Source: a virus (taxonomy: Duplodnaviria; Caudoviricetes). Taken from it: DNA of 60,954 bases. A model generated the notes under the pieces. That model did not search any database. It was not told the origin of the DNA and saw only the letters and a list, made by a program, of their open reading frames with translations. Position 1 is the stretch's first letter; each line of letters begins with the position of its first letter. Of the stretch, positions 10,009 to 18,625 are shown in pieces. The translations under genes and the position numbers were made by a program. The DNA is taken from positions 1 to 60,954 of the IMG/VR virus record IMGVR_UViG_3300022220_000001, one strand, 5' to 3'.

Positions 10009-10737
10009 ATGACTGATTTAGTAAAAAGCTCTGCAAAAAAAGCAAAAACCCATCAACGATATTATGTTATAATAGATGGTAAAAAGAAAAGGGTTCCTGG
10101 CACTACAACTATTACAGGTGTTATGGATAAGCCAGCGTTAGTCTACTGGGCGAATAATCTTGGTTTGGAGGGTATTAATGTAAGAGATTATGTCGATGAT
10201 CTGGCTAATGCTGGCACGTGTGCTCATTTGATGTGCGAATTAAATTGTCTTGGGTATGAAGAACCTGTTAGCCATGAAGACATGGGGCAATTTACCGGTG
10301 ATCAAATAAAATTAGCAAAAATAGGCTATGAAAAGTTTTTAAACTGGAAAAACAAAACAGGTTTTATAGCAACTAAAAATGAGGTACAACTAACTCACGA
10401 CAGATTATTGTATGGTGGCACAGTAGACATAGTAGGATATATCACTAAAGACTATGTGTTAAATAATGGTATTACATTGTATGCTAATACTAAATTACTG
10501 ATTGACCTCAAGACATCCAAAGCGTGTTATGGCGAACAGAAAACACAGGTATGCGCTTATGGGATGCTGTTAGAGCATAATAATATTAGCTATGATCATA
10601 TTATAATTCTTCGCATCGGAAGAAATGAGGAAGAGGGATTTGAAGATATATTTATTACGGAACAAGAAAAACTTAATCACCAAAAGCGGTTTAAGATTTG
10701 CCGTAATTTGTATGAGTTGAATAAATATTGTAAATAA
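10009..10737 (+). CDS. PD-(D/E)XK exonuclease (YqaJ/lambda-exo/Cas4-like)
   Basis: PGTTTI, GTCAH, GGTVD, IDLKTS and Q..AY motifs; AGGAGG RBS; adjacent to an ERF annealase. Confidence 0.8.
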   Translation: MTDLVKSSAKKAKTHQRYYVIIDGKKKRVPGTTTITGVMDKPALVYWANNLGLEGINVRDYVDDLANAGTCAHLMCELNCLGYEEPVSHEDMGQFTGDQIKLAKIGYEKFLNWKNKTGFIATKNEVQLTHDRLLYGGTVDIVGYITKDYVLNNGITLYANTKLLIDLKTSKACYGEQKTQVCAYGMLLEHNNISYDHIIILRIGRNEEEGFEDIFITEQEKLNHQKRFKICRNLYELNKYCK

Positions 10738-10768
10738 ATAGTATTATTAATTAACCAAGGAAAAAACT

Positions 10769-11671
10769 ATGCTACAAAATGAAGAACTCCAAGAAAATAG
10801 AACTGGAAGTATCAGCGGCGATGGTTATGAGTTTTCGCAAGAGGTTGATAAAATTATCCCAGCTTTTGTGAAAATGCAGGGGGAGCTGGAGCCTGCAAAA
10901 TTATTATCAAACAATCCTTTCTTTAATTCCAAGTATTCAGACTTAAATGAAGTTATGAGAGTTCTGAAAAAACCACTATCAGATAACGGATTTGCAGTTG
11001 CTTGGTTTGTTTCTATGATGCCATATGTTGATTGCCAATTAAAAGAACAGGAGCTTAAGCAGTTTAATGGTAGAAATGGTACGTATGAAAAATTAATTTG
11101 GACGGGGAAATGGAATAGTATACGAGTTAGAGAGATAAAAGTAACAACTCTACTCTTGCATACTTCAGGCCAATACATTAAAGCTTGGATTATATTAATT
11201 CCTAATGACAATGACAATCAGACAAAAGGTAAGTGTATTACGTATGGGAAACGATACTCAATAACTTCTTTGACAGGATTGTGTTCTGAAGAAGATAACG
11301 ACGGAAACCCAGAGCCAAAAAACAAATCATACGAAGGTAACAATAACCAGCTTCCACCACCAAAAAAAGAAGAAAAGCCCAAACAAAATAATACAGATAA
11401 TTACATTTGTGATGAAAAAGGAAACCGGAGGTATGATAAAAACAAACAAACATTGTTTGATAAATACCAAATTAAAAATACCTTGATAATAAATGCTCAA
11501 TGGAAAACAATGTTAGATTTGATCATGCAAAATTGTGGTGGTGATTCAAAAAAATTTACTTCGTGGCTCAAAGATGTATATAATGTAAAATTCTACGACA
11601 TAAAACAAAGCATGATTGCCGGAATAATGGAAACACTTACAAACAGTTCAGAACAAATATTTCTGGATTAG
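10769..11671 (+). CDS. erf: ERF-family single-strand annealing protein
   Basis: NPFFNSKYSDL, TLLLHTSGQ, GKCITYGKRYSI and EEDNDGN motifs characteristic of ERF. Confidence 0.85.
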   Translation: MLQNEELQENRTGSISGDGYEFSQEVDKIIPAFVKMQGELEPAKLLSNNPFFNSKYSDLNEVMRVLKKPLSDNGFAVAWFVSMMPYVDCQLKEQELKQFNGRNGTYEKLIWTGKWNSIRVREIKVTTLLLHTSGQYIKAWIILIPNDNDNQTKGKCITYGKRYSITSLTGLCSEEDNDGNPEPKNKSYEGNNNQLPPPKKEEKPKQNNTDNYICDEKGNRRYDKNKQTLFDKYQIKNTLIINAQWKTMLDLIMQNCGGDSKKFTSWLKDVYNVKFYDIKQSMIAGIMETLTNSSEQIFLD

Positions 11672-11702
11672 GCATTGTCTCAATACATGGAGCACGTCAA
11701 TA

Positions 11703-12131
11703 ATGCACCAAAAAATAGCAAGTAATCCAAAAGAATTATGGTTATGGCTTAAAGAAATAGCTTCACAGCTTAATTGGAAAAAGTCGCATGTTTTCACCAT
11801 AAAAGAATACCGCAAAAAAAGATCGTTACAAGCTAATAGATTATATTGGCTAATAATTACGGCGATAGCTGATAGTATCGGTGACGAAAAAGAAAACGTA
11901 CATGTTGCGTATAAAAAGAAGTTTTTGAAGTGGAAAGAAGTTGAGTTGCCTGGAGGATTAAATTATTGGGTTGAGGGGTCAACACCTGACGCAGATTCTA
12001 AGGAGTTTAGTGAATATATAGAAAAAATATATATACATTCTAACGAGTTTCTTGGTTTAAATCTACCTAGGCCGGACGATGAGCTTTTTGGATTGTTTGC
12101 AGAAAAATATGAAAAATATAGTCAAATTTAA
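11703..12131 (+). CDS. NinB/Orf-like recombination accessory protein
   Basis: RSLQANRLYW and ST..DSKEFSEYIEKI...LP motifs; in the recombination cluster. Confidence 0.7.
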   Translation: MHQKIASNPKELWLWLKEIASQLNWKKSHVFTIKEYRKKRSLQANRLYWLIITAIADSIGDEKENVHVAYKKKFLKWKEVELPGGLNYWVEGSTPDADSKEFSEYIEKIYIHSNEFLGLNLPRPDDELFGLFAEKYEKYSQI

Positions 12132-12147
12132 AGCAAAGGATTAAAAC

Positions 12148-12339
12148 ATGAATGGAATACAAAAAATTATAATTACGGTAAAACCTGATGATGTGTTAAA
12201 AGTTATCACGGAAAAAATAGAAGAGAATTTTAAGATACCTGAAAAAAAAGAGATAGAAATAACTGACATCATCTACAAAAATAGTGCTGAAGAAATACAA
12301 ATATGTATTGCAATAACAGATCCAAGGTTACCTTTCTGA
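12148..12339 (+). CDS. Hypothetical protein
   Basis: AAGGA RBS; 63 aa ending in LPF. Confidence 0.55.
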   Translation: MNGIQKIIITVKPDDVLKVITEKIEENFKIPEKKEIEITDIIYKNSAEEIQICIAITDPRLPF

Positions 12340-12453
12340 TAAATTACATAGTGGGTATACCAACAACGGCAATTGTGACCTGCCCTATATGTGGAAATAT
12401 AATTAACGTTGGGTACCCACTAATATAAAAACTTTTACCAAGGAGAGAATTGG

Positions 12454-13569
12454 GTGAAAAAAATAAATAAACTAACTGACAAACAAGAACTTGGGATTAT
12501 TGAGTGGCGTGATCATTGTATAGACATAGGAAGAAGAACTGATAGCGTAGACAAAAAAAATACCGAGAAAGCATGGACTCAGTTTTACCAAAAACTTGGC
12601 CTTAAAAGACCTTATTATTGGTATTGCCAAAGCCCTTTACAGGCCAATGTGATCATAAACATCCTTAAAAATGTCAGTGCTAAAATCAGAGATAATATCG
12701 GGGTTAATATCGGGGTTAATATCAGAGATAATCTCAGGGAAAATACCGGGGTTAATATCAGTGAAAATATAAGTGAAAATATCGGGGATAAAATCGTGGT
12801 TAAAAACAGGGATAATATCGTGGTTAAAATCAGAGATAATATCGTGGTTAAAATCAGAGATAATATCGTGGTTAATATCGGAAACTATGAGTTGATACCA
12901 ACCTATATACCAACCTATGGTTGGTGCCAACACGATATACATTGGATTGCCTATTTTTTATTTTTCGAAAGGTATTCTTTGCTGAAGACTAATAGTGATT
13001 TTGAGGTAATAAAAATATGGTATTTGTTAGCAAAATCTTGTGGTTGGTGCTATACTTTTGAAAATATGGTATTTGTTTGTGAAAAACCATGCGAAATAAA
13101 CCTTAACACTTCTGGACAGCTACACAAAAACAGTGATATGGCACTAAAATATAGTGATGGTTATGGTTTGTATATGTTAAATGGTGTTAATGTCCCAGAA
13201 TATCTTGCGGTAACAAAAAGTGAAAAATTGGACATAGAGTTTTTCAAAAAAGAAACAAATGCAGATGTTAAGGCTGAGTTTATTAGGAAATTTGGAATTG
13301 ATAGGATGGTTTCTATGGGTAAAAAGGTAGACACTTACAAAAATTATAGTAATGGTGAATGGTGGGACAAGTCAAGATATGAGCTGATTGATATGTCACC
13401 AATCTTCCCAACCATAAGTTATGCACCGCATATCAAAATGGTAAACCAAACAATTAAAGGCGTGTATCACCTAGAGTCTGTTGCGCCAGAATGCAAAAAT
13501 TTAGAGCAAGCATTGAATTGGAGAGAAGAAACTAAAAATAAAAAATATAAAACAATTTCCATAAATTAA
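12454..13569 (+). CDS. DUF6745-like phage protein with internal tetrapeptide repeat
   Basis: LT..Q N-terminus, SP motif, 4-aa repeat tract, then CGWCYTFENMVFVCEKP...LH...AL.YSDGYGLYMLNGV.VP. Confidence 0.7.
   Translation: MKKINKLTDKQELGIIEWRDHCIDIGRRTDSVDKKNTEKAWTQFYQKLGLKRPYYWYCQSPLQANVIINILKNVSAKIRDNIGVNIGVNIRDNLRENTGVNISENISENIGDKIVVKNRDNIVVKIRDNIVVKIRDNIVVNIGNYELIPTYIPTYGWCQHDIHWIAYFLFFERYSLLKTNSDFEVIKIWYLLAKSCGWCYTFENMVFVCEKPCEINLNTSGQLHKNSDMALKYSDGYGLYMLNGVNVPEYLAVTKSEKLDIEFFKKETNADVKAEFIRKFGIDRMVSMGKKVDTYKNYSNGEWWDKSRYELIDMSPIFPTISYAPHIKMVNQTIKGVYHLESVAPECKNLEQALNWREETKNKKYKTISIN
12683..12882 (+). repeat. Degenerate 12/24-bp tandem repeat encoding NIGV/KIRD/NIVV units
   Basis: AATATCGGGGTT, AAAATCAGAGAT and AATATCGTGGTT units repeated in frame. 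Confidence 0.85.
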
Positions 13570-13585
13570 ACAAAAGGAATTTAAC

Positions 13586-13918
13586 ATGTTAAGAAAAATT
13601 AATCACGGTGAAGTTGTTGTAAAAGAGGTGGAGAGTATACCCGATACTGCAACAACTATAAACATCAAAGAAAATTATATAGTTGTTGGCGAGTCTAAAA
13701 CTATTGGAAACGACCACAGGGTATCTGTGTCTAGTGGCACAACTATGTATGCTGATAATGGGAAATTATACATGAAAAATATATCTAAAGAAAAAATTTA
13801 TTGCCCAATACCACAAAGGCACAGCGAAGCTGAGCTACCAGCAGGATCAATATGGGAATTTGGCATAGCTCAAGAGTATGATTATATCAATGAGGTAAAA
13901 AAGAATGTCTGTGATTAA
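13586..13918 (+). CDS. Conserved phage hypothetical protein (typical neighbour of DUF6745 genes)
   Basis: HGEV...GE..GNDHR...H...LP.G...Q.EYD pattern; AAGGA RBS. Confidence 0.6.
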   Translation: MLRKINHGEVVVKEVESIPDTATTINIKENYIVVGESKTIGNDHRVSVSSGTTMYADNGKLYMKNISKEKIYCPIPQRHSEAELPAGSIWEFGIAQEYDYINEVKKNVCD

Positions 13919-13920
13919 AA

Positions 13921-13950
13921 TTGGCATTCCTAAAATATTTGAACTATATT
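13921..13950 (+). promoter_or_regulatory. Putative sigma70 promoter
   Basis: TTGGCA-18 nt-TATATT upstream of the SMC-like ATPase. Confidence 0.5.
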
Positions 13951-13996
13951 AATACATAGTGTTATACGCAACAACATTAAAACCAAAGGAGAATAT

Positions 13997-15340
13997 ATGA
14001 AAGTAAAGTCTTTAACTGTGCACAATATAGGTATTATAGCACACGAAGAAATTGTTTTAAATCAGCCACTAAACATTTTTTACGGTGAAATCGAATCAGG
14101 GAAAACAACACTTGCTATAACCAGCATAAAATTACTTTTTGGGGGTAAATTCCCTGAGAGTATTATACGGAAAGGTGAAAGTGAGGGATATGTTGAATTG
14201 GTGTTTGACAATGCCAGAATAAAAAGGTCATTCTATATTGACCGTTCTTCCATTACCCAGGCAAGGGCAATAGAATATTACCTGGATAACAACAAAGTTA
14301 GCAAACCTGTAGATGCTATTAAGAAGCTTTTAAATCCATTTCTACTTGACCAGGATTATTTGGTTAATATGTCCGTTATTGAACGGAAACAATACTTCAT
14401 TGATTTGTTTGATGTTGATACATCTGATTTGGATGAAGAGCTGTCAAGAGAGATTCAGAACGCAAAAGAAATTCGTTCGAGTATTAAAAATTATGGTGAG
14501 ATTGAAATTGTTCCTGTTGAAAAACCTGATATTGAGACTCTTAAGAAAGAAAAAGATGAAATTAATAATTATAACCAAACCATAAATAGTAATTATTTGT
14601 TAGCCCAAAGTAACGAAAATAAAAGTGTTGCGGATTATAATAATAATGTCGATGAACATAATAATATTATTGATACTTGCATTAAAGAATCTTCTAATTT
14701 AAAAAATGAAATTAAAAATCTTGAGGAGAAAATTGATATATTAAAAGCAAAATATGATAGTAATCAAAAATACCTTGAAGATCCTGAAAATAAAAAGAAA
14801 GAAAAAAAAGAACCAATACAAATAGAAAGGCCAGTATTAAAAGATAGTACTGAAATAGATGAAAAGATATCTAATGCAAAAGCTGATGAAATACGATATC
14901 AACAATATCAAGCAGCAATATTAAAACAACAGGAAAAAGAATATCATGTGAACCTTCTCAGAGAGAGCGAGGCTAACTCTGCACGTATAAAAAAAGAAAA
15001 AACCAACAAACTTTCCGAAATTTCTAAAAACATATCTATTCCAGGATTGGTCTTTGATCATAACGGAACAGCCATATACAACGATACACCTATGGATATG
15101 CTTTCCACTAGTCAGATAATGTCCCTTTCTTCCGAATGCGCAAATTTATACCCAAATGAGCTCGGTATAGCGTTACAGGATAAAGGGGAGTCTCTCGGAT
15201 CATCTATCTTTAAATATGTAGATAAAGCAAAGGAAAACGATTTAACTATTTTAGCAACTGTCGTATCGGAAAAACCTGCGGAAAATATTCCTGATGATGT
15301 TGGTGTTTTTATTATCAAGAAAGGTGTTATTGAAAAATGA
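13997..15340 (+). CDS. Short SbcC/Rad50/SMC-like ABC ATPase
   Basis: Walker A GEIESGKT, central coiled coil, signature-like LSTSQ, Walker B-like IALQD.GE. Confidence 0.75.
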   Translation: MKVKSLTVHNIGIIAHEEIVLNQPLNIFYGEIESGKTTLAITSIKLLFGGKFPESIIRKGESEGYVELVFDNARIKRSFYIDRSSITQARAIEYYLDNNKVSKPVDAIKKLLNPFLLDQDYLVNMSVIERKQYFIDLFDVDTSDLDEELSREIQNAKEIRSSIKNYGEIEIVPVEKPDIETLKKEKDEINNYNQTINSNYLLAQSNENKSVADYNNNVDEHNNIIDTCIKESSNLKNEIKNLEEKIDILKAKYDSNQKYLEDPENKKKEKKEPIQIERPVLKDSTEIDEKISNAKADEIRYQQYQAAILKQQEKEYHVNLLRESEANSARIKKEKTNKLSEISKNISIPGLVFDHNGTAIYNDTPMDMLSTSQIMSLSSECANLYPNELGIALQDKGESLGSSIFKYVDKAKENDLTILATVVSEKPAENIPDDVGVFIIKKGVIEK

Positions 15341-15498
15341 AAAATACTGATACAAAAAAACGTTATAAAACGATGTGGGAGTATCTAAAAGATAAGCATG
15401 GTAATAAGTTTTGTGATCAAACTATCTTACTCGAAGACTTAATGGATGAGGTAGAAAACACATTCCGTAACTCAATAGAATCGGTAAAAGATGTATAA
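15337..15498 (+). CDS. Small hypothetical protein (53 aa, below the ORF-track cutoff)
   Basis: ATGA-coupled to the upstream ATPase and overlaps the next start. Confidence 0.5.
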   Translation: MKNTDTKKRYKTMWEYLKDKHGNKFCDQTILLEDLMDEVENTFRNSIESVKDV

Positions 15499-15841
15499 AA
15501 AATACCGTAACACAAAAAAAGTCTGTATATTCGGGCATAAACACGATAGCACTTTTGAGGCTGATTATTGCGTCACTTTAAGTCTTCTTGTTATGGCTGG
15601 TGAAATCAAGAGGTACGAATACGAGAAGGCATTTTCTTTGCATGCTTATAACGGAATAGATGCAATAGAAGTTTGTAAACATAAACCAGACTTTTACGTG
15701 ACAAATAACGATAACAGTATAGAGGTGCGTGAGTGTAAATCAAAGGGGACAGTTACGGATGTGTGGAAATTGAAAAAGAAATGGTTTGAAGTTGAATACC
15801 CTGATATACCGTATAAAATTATATGGAAAACTAAATTATAA
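15491..15841 (+). CDS. DUF1064-like PD-(D/E)XK endonuclease / resolvase
   Basis: KYRN.K...DS..EA, KPDF, ECKS and T.VWKLKKK motifs. Confidence 0.75.
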   Translation: MYKKYRNTKKVCIFGHKHDSTFEADYCVTLSLLVMAGEIKRYEYEKAFSLHAYNGIDAIEVCKHKPDFYVTNNDNSIEVRECKSKGTVTDVWKLKKKWFEVEYPDIPYKIIWKTKL

Positions 15842-15968
15842 TGCAGACATTAACCCACAGTTGGTACAGTGGTCAAAAACAGACTAGTCCTTAGAGGTTC
15901 GATTCCTATCAGTTTAATGGTAAGTGAGGGGCTGGTTGTCCGTAGTTCGATTCTATGGTGTGTTTGCA
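15842..15968 (+). ncRNA. Degenerate tRNA-like RNA with two T-loops (pseudo-tRNA fusion)
   Basis: Outer stem TGCAGACAT / GTGTTTGCA; two GTTCGATTC T-loops (15897-15905, 15945-15953); two D-loop-like TGGTA segments; intergenic. Confidence 0.45.
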
Positions 15969-15995
15969 ATTTACAAATTTGGAGTAGAAAAGATT

Positions 15996-16214
15996 ATGGT
16001 CAAAAAAAAATCAAATGAATACGCATTAATAAAAGAGTTAGATAATATGTGCATAGGAGATGTCCTTGAAGCTACGGCACCCAAAATGCCCTATCATATC
16101 TTTATGCACAGAGTTCCTGGCGGATGGAATTATATATATCAGTTGTCTGGACATTGGCCAAGAGTTCAGTTTATACCTCGTGAAAGACCACTACTTGTTT
16201 CACGTTACTGTTAG
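15996..16214 (+). CDS. Hypothetical phage protein
   Basis: GGAG RBS supports ATG 15996 rather than 15924; RVPGGWNY motif. Confidence 0.55.
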   Translation: MVKKKSNEYALIKELDNMCIGDVLEATAPKMPYHIFMHRVPGGWNYIYQLSGHWPRVQFIPRERPLLVSRYC

Positions 16215-16231
16215 CGATAGGAGATAGGAAA

Positions 16232-16402
16232 ATGAAAGAATACAAAGGTTGCCCTAATATTTGGTGTATAAAAAACCGCATACCACAAACATCCATACAA
16301 GGGTATTGTGTTGATGATATTGAAGATAGTTGTGGTTTGTTAAAGAGATATGTTAATGATTTTTGTCCAACGGAGGAAGAATATAATGGGAATGAAAAGT
16401 AG
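16232..16402 (+). CDS. Small Cys-containing hypothetical protein (56 aa)
   Basis: GGAG/AGGA RBS; open frame read from the sequence. Confidence 0.45.
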   Translation: MKEYKGCPNIWCIKNRIPQTSIQGYCVDDIEDSCGLLKRYVNDFCPTEEEYNGNEK

Positions 16403-16577
16403 AACTAATACAGATTGGTCTAAACACGAACTGCGTATTATTAAGAACGATAATGTTTTAATCCATGGGTTGAAAAAACCTGGTTCGGGCCACATGAGAG
16501 TAAGATTTATAAACACAAAGTGAAGAAAATTGATGAGTCCAAAATAAATTTTAAACAATTTTCAAAGAAGGTAAATT

Positions 16578-16775
16578 ATGAGTAAAAGAATTGGCGAAAA
16601 AGTTATTATTTGTGAAGAACCAAAACAACAATGTGATTTTTGTGGTAAAATAGCCGAATTAAGACCGTATGGTCCAAAAGGTGAATGTATATGCTATAAG
16701 TGTGGTATGAAGGATGAGAAAACAACAATGAAAATGTGTGGCAAAACATTGCTTGAAGTGGATATTGATCAATAA
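16578..16775 (+). CDS. Small zinc-finger protein
   Basis: CDFCG...ELRPYGPKGECICYKCG. Confidence 0.65.
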   Translation: MSKRIGEKVIICEEPKQQCDFCGKIAELRPYGPKGECICYKCGMKDEKTTMKMCGKTLLEVDIDQ

Positions 16776-16840
16776 ACCGTCACAAAAAAAGGAGTAAAAG
16801 TTAATACGATAAAAAATTGCCAAAAATCCATATTTTTAGG

Positions 16841-16869
16841 TTGATATTTCCGTAACATTGTAGTATGTT
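16841..16869 (+). promoter_or_regulatory. sigma70 promoter of the replication operon
   Basis: TTGATA-17 nt-TATGTT. Confidence 0.65.
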
Positions 16870-16875
16870 AATATT

Positions 16876-16990
16876 ATGAACAAACGACCAAATTCCAAAG
16901 AAAATTAATTAATTAAATATCCCGGTTAGGACAATTCCGCTCCGTTCTATGGTTCTTGGTCGTACCATAGTGAAAGCCGGGTTTATATTT
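16876..16990 (+). promoter_or_regulatory. Structured 5' leader upstream of the replication genes
   Basis: Hairpin CTATGGT/ACCATAG (16947-16970) inside stem CCCGGTT/AGCCGGG; loop TTGGTCGT is complementary to ACGACCAA at 16884-16891. Confidence 0.45.
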
Positions 16991-16992
16991 CC

Positions 16993-17205
16993 GTGGAGGT
17001 ACCTGTGAGGATAAAGCAGAAAGTAAGAAATAGTAAAGGGAATTTGGTCGAGGTAGAGTTTGCGCGTTCATTAGCCATAAAATTGATGTGTACCGAATGT
17101 ATGGGGTGGGAAAATCCAGTTAAGGGTGAAAATGGATGCAAAAGTATATATTGTCCGTTGTATTCTTATCGCGGCAGAACACACAAAACTTTAGCTAAAG
17201 GCTAG
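16993..17205 (+). CDS. Small Cys-rich phage protein
   Basis: AIKLMCTECMG...C....CPLY.YR motif. True start may be GTG ~17005 after GGAGG. Confidence 0.6.
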   Translation: MEVPVRIKQKVRNSKGNLVEVEFARSLAIKLMCTECMGWENPVKGENGCKSIYCPLYSYRGRTHKTLAKG

Positions 17206-17214
17206 GAAATTATT

Positions 17215-18234
17215 ATGGCGTTAAGAGATCAACCCTATTTCCCATTATATGTACAAGACTTTTTGACCGATGAAAAATTAAACGAATGTTCTGCAGAATC
17301 AGTAGGGGTATATATAAAAATTATGTGCGTAATGCACAAATCGAAAGAATATGGTTCTATTTTGCTTAAGCAAAAAGACAAGCAAGATACCAAGCAAGAG
17401 TTTTTTACATGCTTAGATTTTGCTTATAAACTTGTTAAACATTTGCCTTATCAAAGGAACGTTGTTTGTAGTGCAATTGAAGAACTTGTTGAAGAGGACG
17501 TTCTTCAAATTGATGGTAACAAACTCTCTCAAAAGCGCATGGTTAAAGATAATGAGATTAGTTTGATAAGGGCAAAGTCTGGAAGAAAGGGAGGAAAAGT
17601 AACACAGTTTGCTAAAGCAAAAGTTGAAGCAAAAATTGAAGCAAGTACTGAATATGAATATGAATATGAAAATGAATATGTAAATTGTAAAAGTTGTATA
17701 GTAAATTATTTAAATTTAGTTTGTGGTACTAAATATAGGATTGATAATAAAAAAACAGTGTCGTTAATAAATGCCAGGTTTAAAGAAAGATATTGCGTTG
17801 AAGATTTTAAAAAAGTTATTGATATAAAATTCAAAGAATGGGGTAATAATTTTGAAATGGTAAAGTACCTAAGGCCAGAAACACTTTTTGGTACCAAGTT
17901 TGAATCTTACCTTAATCAGAGTAAATACAACGGGAAAATAATAACTTATCAAGACGAAGATTTAAATACAAAAACGGAAACAATCAAAACTTTCCTCTCA
18001 GAGATAACCCATACATGCATCAAGGGTAGTACATACGCAATACAAATAGGCCAAAAAGACCAGGATTTGCTTGTGCAATACCAAGCCAACCATCCAGAGT
18101 ACCCATTAATACGAGTACTGTTAGAGGAACGGAGAAAGGCCAGGGATGAAGAACGAACACCTATAGGGATACAAAAACTACTCGATAACCTCCCAATAAA
18201 AGAGGTCGTTGAAAAAAGAATAAATAAATGTTGA
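17215..18234 (+). CDS. Replication initiator (lambda O / replisome-organiser-like)
   Basis: N-terminal PYFPLYVQDFLTD (YdaU/DUF1376-like); R..SGRKGG linker; C-terminal YLRPETLFGTKFESYLN (conserved phage C-terminal domain); internal short repeats. Confidence 0.8.
   Translation: MALRDQPYFPLYVQDFLTDEKLNECSAESVGVYIKIMCVMHKSKEYGSILLKQKDKQDTKQEFFTCLDFAYKLVKHLPYQRNVVCSAIEELVEEDVLQIDGNKLSQKRMVKDNEISLIRAKSGRKGGKVTQFAKAKVEAKIEASTEYEYEYENEYVNCKSCIVNYLNLVCGTKYRIDNKKTVSLINARFKERYCVEDFKKVIDIKFKEWGNNFEMVKYLRPETLFGTKFESYLNQSKYNGKIITYQDEDLNTKTETIKTFLSEITHTCIKGSTYAIQIGQKDQDLLVQYQANHPEYPLIRVLLEERRKARDEERTPIGIQKLLDNLPIKEVVEKRINKC
17362..17680. other. Candidate replication origin (AAGCAA iterons inside the initiator gene)
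   Basis: AAGCAA repeats spaced about 11-12 bp at 17368-17400 and 17615-17645, inverted TGCTT copies, then an AT-rich GAATAT tandem repeat. Confidence 0.45.
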
Positions 18235-18259
18235 CAATTCAATTTTTTATGGTTATATT
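18231..18259 (+). promoter_or_regulatory. sigma70 promoter
   Basis: TTGACA-17 nt-TATATT, overlapping the initiator stop codon. Confidence 0.8.
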
Positions 18260-18319
18260 AATACATAGCGTTAACAAAGCGTATAGAGTGGTTGGAAAAA
18301 AACTTATACTAACTAATGG

Positions 18320-18625
18320 ATGCTGTTGATGAATAAAGACCAATACAAAATAATTCTGTCTGGGCCTGAGAACTGGAATAAATGGCGGGAAAAGAACCCA
18401 AATAGTATTATCGATCTCAGGGAAGCTAATCTCAGACATGCTAATCTCAGGGGCACTGATCTCAGGGGTGCTGATTTCAGGGGTGCTGATCTCAGGAAAG
18501 CTAAACTCAGGGAAGCTAATCTCAGACATGCTAATCTCAGGTATGCTAAACTCATGGAATTAGATCTCAGATATGCTGATCTCAGGGGTGCTATTCTTTG
18601 GAATGTAATTTGGGATAAAGAATGA
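18320..18625 (+). CDS. Pentapeptide repeat protein
   Basis: NWNKWR lead-in, then A(N/D)LR(E/G/H/Y) repeats encoded by 15-bp DNA repeats. Confidence 0.9.
   Translation: MLLMNKDQYKIILSGPENWNKWREKNPNSIIDLREANLRHANLRGTDLRGADFRGADLRKAKLREANLRHANLRYAKLMELDLRYADLRGAILWNVIWDKE

Noticed and set aside
10009-10737. Cas4 implying a CRISPR-related function
   Set aside because: It lacks the four-Cys Fe-S pattern and its context (ERF, NinB-like) indicates a recombination exonuclease.
12351-12428. Imperfect inverted repeat GTGGGTA...TACCCAC and a short CPICG-containing ORF
   Set aside because: The loop is long, there is no U-tract or RBS, and I cannot tell it apart from a gene remnant.
15924-15995. ORF-track start at 15924
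   Set aside because: It overlaps the tRNA-like structure; ATG 15996 has a GGAG RBS.
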